The notes: generated by a model not told the origin, from the sequence alone. DNA of 64,000 nt from Bacteroidia bacterium (GCA_036274495.1 DASUFP010000076.1:8367-72366); one strand, 5' to 3'; positions 10,419 to 19,444 are shown, counted from the first letter of the stretch. Translations and numbers: made by a program.

Positions 10419-11529
10419 AATTAGACACGTATTAGGAATTTCTGGCGGTAAGGATAGTGCAGCTCTTGCTATTTATCTGAATTTAAAATACCCTCAGTTG
10501 AACATTGACTACTATTTCTGTGATACAGGAAAGGAATTGCAAGAAACGTACCTGTTAATTGAACGGCTTGAAAGTCTTCTTGGAAAGAGCATAACAACGC
10601 TAATTGCGGAAGATGCAAAGCAAAACCCCTCTGATAATCCATTTGATCACTTTTTTAAGATATATCGGGGCTACCTTCCTTCTTCAACTGCTCGATGGTG
10701 CACAAAGAAATTAAAATTAGAACCTTTTGAAAAATACGTAGGTGAATCGCCTGTTATTTCATATGTCGGTATTCGTGGCGACGAAAACCGAGAAGGGTAT
10801 ATTTCAAAAAAGTCAAATATTCAATCTATATTTCCTTTCAGGAAGAATATATGGAGTGAAGATGTAATTAATAAAGTGATGCATCCGACAAACAATGAGT
10901 GGCTTATGGATGTATATTCTAGCTTAATGTCGGGACGCAAGCTTGATAAAGTTAATTCGGCCATATTTTCTAGTATTTCTTCTGATGTAGAAAAAGCAAA
11001 AAGGTTATCTGACTTGTTGGACGTTGGCGTTGTTGAGTTCAATAAAGCTGTTTTCAGCTTTATGAAAAATACTGATTATCCGCTGGCTTTAGAAGAAGAT
11101 TTTCCGTTGCTTGAAAATGACGAGGTGCTCGTGAGAGAGGATATATTCAGGATATTACGAGAGAGTGGAGTAGGTGTACCAGAGTACTACGAAAAAATAA
11201 AGTACGAGGTAGATGGTAAAAGCAGTGAATACGCTCGCAGTCGGTCCGGCTGTTACTTTTGTTTCTTTCAGCAAAAAATTGAATGGATTTGGCTGTATGA
11301 ACAACACCCAGATCTTTTTGAAAAGGCCATGCAGTATGAAAATGAAAAAGAAGGCTTTACTTGGAACCAACACGAGAGCCTGGATGATCTGATTCAACCA
11401 TCCCGTATGGAACAGATAAAACGTGACCACCTTTTAAGAAAAAACAAAGAGAAATCAATAAAGTCACCATACCTTTTGGATATTTTGGATGATACTGAAA
11501 GCGATGGATGTACAGCTTGTTTTATTTAA
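10411..11529 (+). CDS. PAPS-reductase-family PP-loop ATP pyrophosphatase (DndC/SspD-like).
   Basis: N-terminal PP-loop LGISGGKDSAAL (the SGGxDS motif). Also RWCTKKLKLEPF, the R(W/F)C motif of the PAPS reductase/DndC family, and a C-terminal Cys pair CYFCFF. 372 aa. Confidence 0.65.
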   Translation: MNKIRHVLGISGGKDSAALAIYLNLKYPQLNIDYYFCDTGKELQETYLLIERLESLLGKSITTLIAEDAKQNPSDNPFDHFFKIYRGYLPSSTARWCTKKLKLEPFEKYVGESPVISYVGIRGDENREGYISKKSNIQSIFPFRKNIWSEDVINKVMHPTNNEWLMDVYSSLMSGRKLDKVNSAIFSSISSDVEKAKRLSDLLDVGVVEFNKAVFSFMKNTDYPLALEEDFPLLENDEVLVREDIFRILRESGVGVPEYYEKIKYEVDGKSSEYARSRSGCYFCFFQQKIEWIWLYEQHPDLFEKAMQYENEKEGFTWNQHESLDDLIQPSRMEQIKRDHLLRKNKEKSIKSPYLLDILDDTESDGCTACFI

Positions 11530-12653
11530 AACTAATTATGGAATATTATTTAAAGGAATACTCTATTCAAGAAGTTTTTCAATTGGTTGATAAAAATCTA
11601 ATTGATTTAAGCCCGGCATATCAAAGAAATTTCATTTGGTCTCCGGATAATCAAAAGGAATTAATTGATACGATTTTAAAAGATTACCCCTTACCAAGTT
11701 TCTTTTTTTATGAAAAAAAAGATAAGACTTTTGAAATGGTTGACGGGCAACAACGAACGAAAACTATTATCCGTTTCATCCAGGGATTTATTACCTCTTC
11801 TAAGGAATTTGATAGGGTGACGTTTGATAGAATTGATCAGGAGAAGTTTTTGAATTATAGAATATCTGTAATAATTATAAAGACTTTACAAAATGAGAGT
11901 CTATTAAAAGAATTTTATGTATTAATAAATAAAAAAGGCGTTCACTTAAATATTGCCGAGGTCAATAAATCTGAATTTTTTGACACTAACTTTATGAAGT
12001 TAGCAAATGAGCTTTTATCATATCAAAATTTAATTAATCTTGACTTGTTTTCCGAAGCTGTTGTAAAAAGAATGAATGATAGATCATTTGTTGAGGAATT
12101 GCTCGCATATCTTTATAGTGGTACAAAAGAAAAGCGCAAATCAGTAGAAAATGTTTTTAAAACTGATATAAGTGACGGCGATTATAAATATTTAGATAAT
12201 CAATTTAAGAGAGTTATCGACAAGATTGAAACACTCAACAGAATATCGCCGATTAGTGAAACAAGATATAAACAAAAAAATGATTTTTATACGCTTTTCT
12301 CTTTTATAAATGAGAATATTGATAGCAATATGGATTTGCTTAACTTTCAATATGCAATTCTGCTATTTATAGATGGAAATGATAAGGAAGGAAGACAAAT
12401 GATTAGACCATCAAATTCTGAATGTGAGGCTTTTAGGGAGTATGCAAACAATTGTATCACGCAATCAAATTCCAGAGCAGCTAGAGAAAATAGACTGAAA
12501 TTTTTTAATGCATTATTAAAGAATGAATCAACTCAAAACAATGAAATTCTAATAAGTGTGCTTGATTATTTATCCTCACTTTATGGAAACGACAAAATAT
12601 CGTTAAAAAAGATTAACGGCTACGAGTTGTTGGATGTAGAAAGGATCAAATAA
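11508..12653 (+). CDS. DUF262 (ParB/GmrSD N-terminal-like) domain protein without a DUF1524/HNH C-terminus. The true start is probably the ATG at 11538 (MEYYLKEY...), immediately after the upstream stop.
   Basis: Textbook DUF262 motifs: AYQRNFIW and VDGQQRTKTI (the DGQQR motif). 381 aa. Confidence 0.7.
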   Translation: MYSLFYLKLIMEYYLKEYSIQEVFQLVDKNLIDLSPAYQRNFIWSPDNQKELIDTILKDYPLPSFFFYEKKDKTFEMVDGQQRTKTIIRFIQGFITSSKEFDRVTFDRIDQEKFLNYRISVIIIKTLQNESLLKEFYVLINKKGVHLNIAEVNKSEFFDTNFMKLANELLSYQNLINLDLFSEAVVKRMNDRSFVEELLAYLYSGTKEKRKSVENVFKTDISDGDYKYLDNQFKRVIDKIETLNRISPISETRYKQKNDFYTLFSFINENIDSNMDLLNFQYAILLFIDGNDKEGRQMIRPSNSECEAFREYANNCITQSNSRAARENRLKFFNALLKNESTQNNEILISVLDYLSSLYGNDKISLKKINGYELLDVERIK

Positions 12654-12660
12654 TTGAGTT

Positions 12661-13689
12661 ATGAATTTTAATTTTCCTGATAATAAACTCATTGATAAAG
12701 GTACGATTTGCAACCGGATTGGTACATCGACTTTTGGAGAGCTTATAAATATTGCAATTCCAGTTGATAACCAAATTTCAATAGATGGAACTGATTTTTA
12801 TTTTACATATTTGAAAGGAGCTGATCCTGGTAATAAAGGCGGTAATTCTATAATTTTGAACTTGTATGCTAGCCAGGAAATTGATTTGGACAATTTAGAG
12901 TATGGTGTACCAGACCTTGTATTAAAAATTTCAAAATTTAGAAATTCGATTAATCCGTTATTTCCAAATAAAAAGCAAAAGCGATTTGAAAAAGAAATTG
13001 AAGCTTTAAGAAAATGTAATGATGAGCCGTTTCAAAATGTTATCAAGATTTTTCATAATGGTATATGTAAAATTAAAAGCTCAAATAATAGATTTTACGA
13101 TGAGCACTTATACTACACGATGGAGTATGCAGAATACGATTTAAAAAGTTATATAGAAGCAAAACATGATGAACTTTCATTGGATGAGAAATTATCATTA
13201 TGTATTAGTATTTGTGAGGGACTCAAAGAGTTATACTCATTAGAATATTATCATAGAGATATAAAACCTGATAATATATTTATGATAGATGGGTTGTGGA
13301 AAATAGGCGATTTGGGACTGGTAGCTGAGCGTAACAATTCTGATGAAATTGATGGAGTGGCAGAAAAAATAGGGCCGATTGGATGGTTGTCGCCAGAATC
13401 GATGAATAAATATCTTTGTGAGGGGAAAGGATTTAAGTTTAAACATGATTTTATTATCGATCATCAATCAGATATTTTTCAACTAGGAAAAGTCTTTTGG
13501 TATATTTTCCAAAATAATGCCCCAGTGGGATCAATAAAAATCTCGGATTTTTTAATTAAACAAAGTAATTTATATTCAGTATTAAGAACTATGTTGAATC
13601 ATTCTAAAAGAAGACGGTTCAAAAATGTAGAAGAGGTAATAAGAATTATGAAAATAGTTGAGAAGAAAATTCTTATGGTTACAAATTAA
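12661..13689 (+). CDS. Eukaryotic-type Ser/Thr protein kinase domain protein, last gene of the plus-strand operon.
   Basis: Catalytic loop YHRDIKPDNIF (the HRDxKPxN motif). KIGDLGL stands in the DFG position. GPIGWLSPE is APE-like. IGTSTFGEL is glycine-loop-like, LVLKISK is a candidate beta3 lysine, and MEYAEYD is hinge-like. 342 aa. Confidence 0.65.
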   Translation: MNFNFPDNKLIDKGTICNRIGTSTFGELINIAIPVDNQISIDGTDFYFTYLKGADPGNKGGNSIILNLYASQEIDLDNLEYGVPDLVLKISKFRNSINPLFPNKKQKRFEKEIEALRKCNDEPFQNVIKIFHNGICKIKSSNNRFYDEHLYYTMEYAEYDLKSYIEAKHDELSLDEKLSLCISICEGLKELYSLEYYHRDIKPDNIFMIDGLWKIGDLGLVAERNNSDEIDGVAEKIGPIGWLSPESMNKYLCEGKGFKFKHDFIIDHQSDIFQLGKVFWYIFQNNAPVGSIKISDFLIKQSNLYSVLRTMLNHSKRRRFKNVEEVIRIMKIVEKKILMVTN

Positions 13690-13698
13690 AGAATGTAT

Positions 13699-16092
13699 TT
13701 ACTCTTCGAGTACACCCATCAGCTGTTCCATTCCAAAATTTAGCAAGAAGTCGGAGTAGTAACTGTCGAAAACATCGCGGATATATTCATCAACAGTAAT
13801 TTCTTCGAGTTTATCTCCTTTTGGAATAGTTAATGCATATTTTCTACGTTTAGTAATCATGTACAGAAAAAGTGTATGGAAATACACAGAGGAGAGATAG
13901 CGTTTTTGTGCAACTACGATTTGATCCTCTGATTTAAGGTTTTTTCTATGGTTTAAAAATACATTACTATCAAGATTGATATAAACTTTTTCAAGTTTAT
14001 CACCTTCACCAACTGGGAACATTACTGTTTCGTGGCTCATTGATATGCCATGCTCTTCCATTTGTTGCCACTGTTCCTTATGTACACGTTTCAATTCCGG
14101 CAAACCAATGTTTTCTAATTCTTCCTCTTGTTTCGGAGCCTTTTCCATTGGTGCTTCTGGTTGTACAATCTTTACAAGCAAAATTTGATTCTGCGCTTCT
14201 CCTGGCGCTGTAAGCGAAATATTTATTTCAATTTCATCACCAACTTTCAATTCATGTGTTGGATTCAACGAAAGTTTGATAGTTCCTTTATTTGGACTGC
14301 TTTTTACGATATTCAGGTACTCTGAGATTTCTTTTTTATTACCTGGTTCATCACCACCTTTAGCAATATTTCTTTTAATTTTCAACAACGCTAATTGCAA
14401 CTCACCTGGTTCTTCAACTCTGTCAAAATAATCATTATCAACGTCAGTTTCAAACTTGATGATTTTTTCACCATTCAATGGAAGATTGATTGCATTTGTG
14501 TTTCCTTTGTTTCCAAGAAGGTTAAAAAAGGTAGGAAAACGTTTTGAATTGAATGGTTTTTCTTCTCGTTCTGCTTTTGGTCTTTGACCATCCTGACGTT
14601 GATTGGTTTCTTTTTTCTCTTCCAACTTAAGTGTGTTTTGTAGTAGTTTAAACAATTCACTATCCTTTGGAAGATTTTTAGCGAATGATTTTATTAACTC
14701 AGAAGTGTCTTCACTTTCCAAGCCAATAGACTCTTTACGATGTCTGTTGATTTCATCTAATTGGCTTTTACGAAGTTTTTTACCAAGATAATCCCTGAGC
14801 ATCAAGGATTCATCACCCCCTTTTAATCGCTCACGATCACTCATGAATAATTCTTCTCGGAAATCTGCTTTCATTTCAGTGCAATCGCAGTGAATCAATA
14901 AGTAATCCTTTAACAGGTTAAATTTTAAAGTTCGTGTAACAAATTCCGAAGTATAACTCCCCTGAACTTGGCCGTTCACAGAAAACATTACAGACATATT
15001 ATTTCTGAAGAATCTGTCACCTATAATTTTTTTTGATTCTTTTACATTACGTTTATCAAGTTTTGGTTTGAAAACATAGCATGTAACTTTAGCTTTACCA
15101 AAATGCTCATCAAAATATTCTTCAGAGAAAAAGCTTTCAACATAGTCATTTTTATCCTCTTCTAGCCTTCTCTTCAGGCCATACAAATCTAATTCAAGTA
15201 CTTTATTGTTCGGGTAACGTTCTTTTTTATCAACTGTATAAATTGGTAATACAGGTTCAAAAAGATATTCATTTAAACTTTGATTTAAATCTTGTGCAAA
15301 GCCTGAGTAGCCTGATGGAAATTGATAAGAAAATAGTTTAATTACCGTACCAGTCTTGAACTTCCTCCCATGTAATTTCAAATCCATCTCACCAGAATCA
15401 AAAGATGGAATCATTCCATCAATTTTCAGATATTCAAAATAGCTGAATCGCCTGGCATCATTTGCCTCACCTATTTTGCGTTGCCTACACAATGTAAAAC
15501 CAAATTTGCCTGTATTATCAAACCGCTTTGAACCAATAAGCTGGTAACGTTTTTTACCGCAAAAAACTAGTGCACCGCTTCCACCCATGTTATACTTTCC
15601 CTGGACAAAGTGAATATTTATTTTGTTACCGCGCACTAATGACAAAAAGGTATTTTCAAAATCTTGAGGATGTTGACCTTCACCATTGTCATAAATAATT
15701 ACAGAAGTGTTTCGAGTGGGGCCGTCAGCAACAATCTGTATTTCTTCTGCTTGTTTTCTTCTAAAAGATTGCAAGTCCCATTGAGTGTGATCAGGAAAGA
15801 ATTTGTTAATGGCCTGCTCCATTGTATGTGGTGCATCAGCAGAAGTGGGATTTATACCCAATTCAATACATTTTCGCATCAACAAGGCATCAATAGAATT
15901 AGTGACTTTCTCAACTAGTGCTGCAATCGGATTTGATTGTTGACCCCTAACAATTCCAAATAGTTTTTCATCTCCTCCAAACGGAGTCCAATTGTCATTT
16001 TTGAAAATGTCCGGATTGCTTTCTATTATTTCATCTACGGATTCTTCTGTTTGTGCAAAATACAATTGCTCAAAAATCTTTCTAAGTTGCAT
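13699..16092 (-). CDS. GHKL-superfamily (Bergerat-fold, HATPase_c-like) ATPase with a long uncharacterised C-terminal region (797 aa).
   Basis: N-box ALVEKVTNSIDA (the E-x-x-x-N-S-x-D-A motif), G1 box IIYDNGEGQ (DxGxG), G2 box GKYNMGGSGA. Convergent with the kinase gene; the two stop codons are 9 bp apart. Confidence 0.6.
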   Translation of the reverse strand: MQLRKIFEQLYFAQTEESVDEIIESNPDIFKNDNWTPFGGDEKLFGIVRGQQSNPIAALVEKVTNSIDALLMRKCIELGINPTSADAPHTMEQAINKFFPDHTQWDLQSFRRKQAEEIQIVADGPTRNTSVIIYDNGEGQHPQDFENTFLSLVRGNKINIHFVQGKYNMGGSGALVFCGKKRYQLIGSKRFDNTGKFGFTLCRQRKIGEANDARRFSYFEYLKIDGMIPSFDSGEMDLKLHGRKFKTGTVIKLFSYQFPSGYSGFAQDLNQSLNEYLFEPVLPIYTVDKKERYPNNKVLELDLYGLKRRLEEDKNDYVESFFSEEYFDEHFGKAKVTCYVFKPKLDKRNVKESKKIIGDRFFRNNMSVMFSVNGQVQGSYTSEFVTRTLKFNLLKDYLLIHCDCTEMKADFREELFMSDRERLKGGDESLMLRDYLGKKLRKSQLDEINRHRKESIGLESEDTSELIKSFAKNLPKDSELFKLLQNTLKLEEKKETNQRQDGQRPKAEREEKPFNSKRFPTFFNLLGNKGNTNAINLPLNGEKIIKFETDVDNDYFDRVEEPGELQLALLKIKRNIAKGGDEPGNKKEISEYLNIVKSSPNKGTIKLSLNPTHELKVGDEIEINISLTAPGEAQNQILLVKIVQPEAPMEKAPKQEEELENIGLPELKRVHKEQWQQMEEHGISMSHETVMFPVGEGDKLEKVYINLDSNVFLNHRKNLKSEDQIVVAQKRYLSSVYFHTLFLYMITKRRKYALTIPKGDKLEEITVDEYIRDVFDSYYSDFLLNFGMEQLMGVLEE

Positions 16093-16337
16093 AATGTCAG
16101 TTGTTTAAAATTGGCAAGGTTACAAATATATACAAAAACCCTGTGTTTCAACAAAATGACTCATATCTATGGAAGCATGAAGAAATCAAAGCTATTATAG
16201 CATTAACAAATAAACCATTTTTGAGGCCCTGTTATGGATTATTTTAAGACTTGACAGTTGCTTTCAAGGCATAGTCACCTTCGAAGCTTGATCCTTGCTC
16301 AAATCTTTGCTAATGAAGCGGAACGGGCCTTTAAATA

Positions 16338-16388
16338 TCCACCAAAAAAAACAGCCGGCCTCGCGCGAGGCCGGTTGTTTTGGATAAG
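16338..16388. terminator. Bidirectional rho-independent terminator between the methyltransferase and the GHKL ATPase gene.
   Basis: aaaaaaaa-cagCCGGCCTCGcgCGAGGCCGGttg-tttt. A perfect 9-bp GC-rich stem flanked by an A-run on one side and a T-run on the other. Confidence 0.6.
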
Positions 16389-16753
16389 ATTCCATAACGT
16401 TGTGAATAAGTGGTGCTGAAATTAAGCGCTTAAAATCTGCACCGGCCAGTCACAACGGAGGATTCTTTGAGATATAGTTCTCTTTCGTGGTTCTTAAATA
16501 CTACTTTTTACTTACCTTTTGGTCGGGGTGCCGGTGGTGGATTATTTCCGCGTCCGGGTCCGGAAGGTTTGCTAGTTGTACTGGGGCCATTTGGTGGCCT
16601 GACTGTTGTTTTTGCCATAAATAAACTTGTTTTTAAATTATTTGACATTCGGTGCGCCACTTTTAGCATGCATTAGCGACAGAACCAATTACAAGCTCTA
16701 AGTTAGAGTAATTTTAGTAAAAAGCAAATATTTTCAAATTATAAATCAAACCG

Positions 16754-17506
16754 CTAAAGCCCAATCGACTTCATATATTGAAAATACACCGGGTCAATCT
16801 CGAACCCAATGTAGAATCGTCCCAGCTCCTTCGCAACCTTGCATATTGTACCGCTGCCTGCGAACGGATCAACAACCACATCCCCTGGATTTGTAGAAAT
16901 CAGGATTATTTTACGCGCGATTTCTTCCGGTATCGGACACGGATGAGGATTTCCGGATTTGATTTTTGAAACATTTTTCACAATGTTTTCAATCCACCAA
17001 TCATAAAGTGGGGCCATATGTCCGGCTTCCATTCTAGCAATAATTCGCTTATCATTCGGGTTTTTGTAGGGTTGTGATGCCCTCTTGAAATCAGGCCTGT
17101 GATTCCAAAAAGTGATTTGCCTGGATTGTTTCTTCGTGTTTGAATTGTAACACCAGAATGCACTTTCTGTACATGAGGTCATTAATGCCTGTGGCAATAG
17201 GTTAATTGTAGGCTCCGGATAATGAATAATCGCTGATTTTTTACCCCAAAATGCATCGTGCAACAATTGAACATATTCATCATTTTTTAAATTGTCATCA
17301 TAATAATCGTAATGATAATTCTGGTTGTAAGGCGGGTCAGAGATAAAGAAGCAATCATTCCATGTTGACAAATCCATTGTCCTGAAATCAGCATTAAAAA
17401 CAGTGTCGAGCGGGAGACAAGTTAGATTACTTGTGGTGGCAGTTGGAATAAGTATGCCGTCATACGGTAGATAGATTCCTGAGTCGGTTTTTTTAGTTAT
17501 TTTCAT
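16754..17506 (-). CDS. Beta-class amino (N6-adenine or N4-cytosine) DNA methyltransferase.
   Basis: Motif IV DPPY (FFISDPPYNQ) precedes motif I VVDPFAGSGT. That order defines the beta class. 250 aa. Confidence 0.8.
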   Translation of the reverse strand: MKITKKTDSGIYLPYDGILIPTATTSNLTCLPLDTVFNADFRTMDLSTWNDCFFISDPPYNQNYHYDYYDDNLKNDEYVQLLHDAFWGKKSAIIHYPEPTINLLPQALMTSCTESAFWCYNSNTKKQSRQITFWNHRPDFKRASQPYKNPNDKRIIARMEAGHMAPLYDWWIENIVKNVSKIKSGNPHPCPIPEEIARKIILISTNPGDVVVDPFAGSGTICKVAKELGRFYIGFEIDPVYFQYMKSIGL

Positions 17507-17712
17507 AATATTAAATATTTAGAAAACAACTATAGTTTCGACTTACCGAAAAGTAAATGCTAATTATATTTAAATTAAAAAATAAATGAAACAGTGAGCG
17601 TAGGAAACGCTCAAGAAACAAAACAGCAGTTTCAGGAATGAATTTTAGTAGTTACGATTAATCTGCTATTTGCACACAACACAACATTGCTTGAGTGATC
17701 AACAGCCGCGAT

Positions 17713-19302
17713 TTATCCTTTCTGCCTGTCAGCCAGAATAACTTGTTCAATAAAGTCATCACCCTTGGTTTCGACTGTGGTCTGGACATAAGATAGAAAA
17801 TCATCAAGCTTGGCATGGCCAGAAAACAACATGCATATTTCAGCCTGAATTTTTCGATGGTAGTAAAAATTTGTGCAGAAGGATCGTCTTGCCACATGGG
17901 AGCTGATGCACTCAAACAATTTTGGAACACGAGGTTCTGGCCAACCTTTCTGTTGTTCTTTATACAGTTCTGACTTACCGGTTTGTAAATTTATCCTATA
18001 TGAAATAAAATCCTGATTGAAGGACTCATCAATTGATACAACTCTCGGCATAACATCTTGTATTAAAATATTGTATTTATCCAGGTCCAATTCTTTAAAC
18101 TGGAAATTATACTTCTCAAGTATTTTATACACTTTATCGTGCAGTGGAATTTGTTTCCTTTCTCCGACTTTGGTTGATCGCGATTCAATAAAATGGATGG
18201 TATGTCCCTTGTGTTGTTTAGTTTGTACCCTAAAAGCTTGGTTCCAGTCGCCAAAACGTAAGCCTCCAGTGTATGCACCAACGAGGAAAAGATCCCTGAC
18301 ATATTCAAGTTGTTTTTCTGTCCAGCTATCACCAAATTTAATCTGCATCATAGATTCTAATTGCTCTTCTGTTAGGTATGGCTGTCTTACTTCCTCCCGT
18401 TCTGCAGAATATGTTTTGCTGGAAGGTCTTACGGCGGTTGGTGAAATGCATTTATCTTCATCAATAGCCCAGTACAATACAGATTTCAATCGGGATACAT
18501 ACTTTGCAAAATTGTTAAGTGTATTCATCTGCGGCCTTAACCAATTGAGGAATTCTTTAGATACGTTGTCATTATATTGATTGATAGTAATTTTGGAATT
18601 CCATTTCTTGAATTTTTTGGAGAGATTAACATAAGGAGTATCATCCTTCAACCTTCCTTTACCTGGCAACTGCATTTTTGCTTTCGCAACCTCCAGAATA
18701 TAGTCTGCGAATAATGAAGAATTGTCTTGTATTGCACCTGGCTCAGATAAATGTTCACTAGTAGCAGTGATAGCGAATGTGGGTTCTAGAATATATTCAA
18801 GCGGAGCATCATGAAGAACAAAGAAACGATCAAGATTAATTGTCCGGTTATTAGAATCCACCAATCGGAAATTATGCCTTATGATTTTATTTTTTAATTG
18901 CTCATAAAAAAATCCTCGTGGTAATTCTTTGTTTATTGCTTCATCCACATCCTTCTGAAACTTCGTTGGTTGTTTATGAATGGAAATATCAATCCCATCT
19001 TCAATAATGGAGTGGAATGCTTTGTTATTAAAAAACTCCACAATTTGTTCATCTGATAACCTATAATAGTCGGTGAGTCGGTCACCGATATAATTTATCA
19101 AATCAAGCATGGTGGTCCTCAAAACGGAATCAATAGGCAGATTTTTTACATCATCCCAATGGTTCCTGGGAAGCGAAATTCCAGTAGATTTATACAACTG
19201 CAAGTATTTGCCCCGATACTTAATTCCAAAACCAATGCTCACCTGAATAGGGTGGGTTGTAGCTTTTGTTTGCTGTAACCTGAGTGAAATTGTTGGCTTC
19301 AT
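17713..19302 (-). CDS. Tyrosine recombinase/integrase of the Bacteroidota type.
   Basis: C-terminal catalytic region HVARRSFCTNFYYHRK...MLFSGHAKLDDFLSYV, giving the R...H-x-x-R...H...Y arrangement with the terminal Tyr. The N-terminus MKPTISLRLQQ...YRGKYLQLY is arm-binding-domain-like. 529 aa. The overlapping ORF 17658..17930(-) is judged spurious. Confidence 0.7.
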   Translation of the reverse strand: MKPTISLRLQQTKATTHPIQVSIGFGIKYRGKYLQLYKSTGISLPRNHWDDVKNLPIDSVLRTTMLDLINYIGDRLTDYYRLSDEQIVEFFNNKAFHSIIEDGIDISIHKQPTKFQKDVDEAINKELPRGFFYEQLKNKIIRHNFRLVDSNNRTINLDRFFVLHDAPLEYILEPTFAITATSEHLSEPGAIQDNSSLFADYILEVAKAKMQLPGKGRLKDDTPYVNLSKKFKKWNSKITINQYNDNVSKEFLNWLRPQMNTLNNFAKYVSRLKSVLYWAIDEDKCISPTAVRPSSKTYSAEREEVRQPYLTEEQLESMMQIKFGDSWTEKQLEYVRDLFLVGAYTGGLRFGDWNQAFRVQTKQHKGHTIHFIESRSTKVGERKQIPLHDKVYKILEKYNFQFKELDLDKYNILIQDVMPRVVSIDESFNQDFISYRINLQTGKSELYKEQQKGWPEPRVPKLFECISSHVARRSFCTNFYYHRKIQAEICMLFSGHAKLDDFLSYVQTTVETKGDDFIEQVILADRQKG

Positions 19303-19309
19303 GGTGATT

Positions 19310-19361
19310 ATTTTGACTTCGTGGCAATATTAGTCAAAATAAAATCATTATATAGTCAAAA
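19310..19361. repeat. AGTCAAAA repeat cluster upstream of the integrase start: an inverted pair plus a direct copy. Candidate integrase/operator binding sites or element end.
   Basis: ATTTTGACT at 19310-19318 is the inverse of AGTCAAAAT at 19332-19340. A third copy, AGTCAAAA, sits at 19354-19361. Confidence 0.4.
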
Positions 19362-19444
19362 CACAATTAATTTATTAACATAATCATGTAATATACAATG
19401 ATATATAGCTGATTTATTGCCGCCCCGTCCGGACCGCCTTCGCT

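Noticed and set aside
11508-13689. Idea that the DUF262 protein plus the downstream ORF together are a split or frameshifted SspE (DUF262+DUF1524 HNH)
   Set aside because: The downstream ORF shows the full set of protein-kinase motifs (HRDIKPDN, DLG, APE-like) and no H-N-H pattern. The two genes sit 8 bp apart in different frames with no sign of a frameshift remnant.
16467-16676. ORF 16467..16676(+) of 69 aa
   Set aside because: It is Gly/Pro-rich because it is antisense to the Pro/Gly-rich minus-strand peptide candidate. It has no start context or motif and sits between two minus-strand genes.
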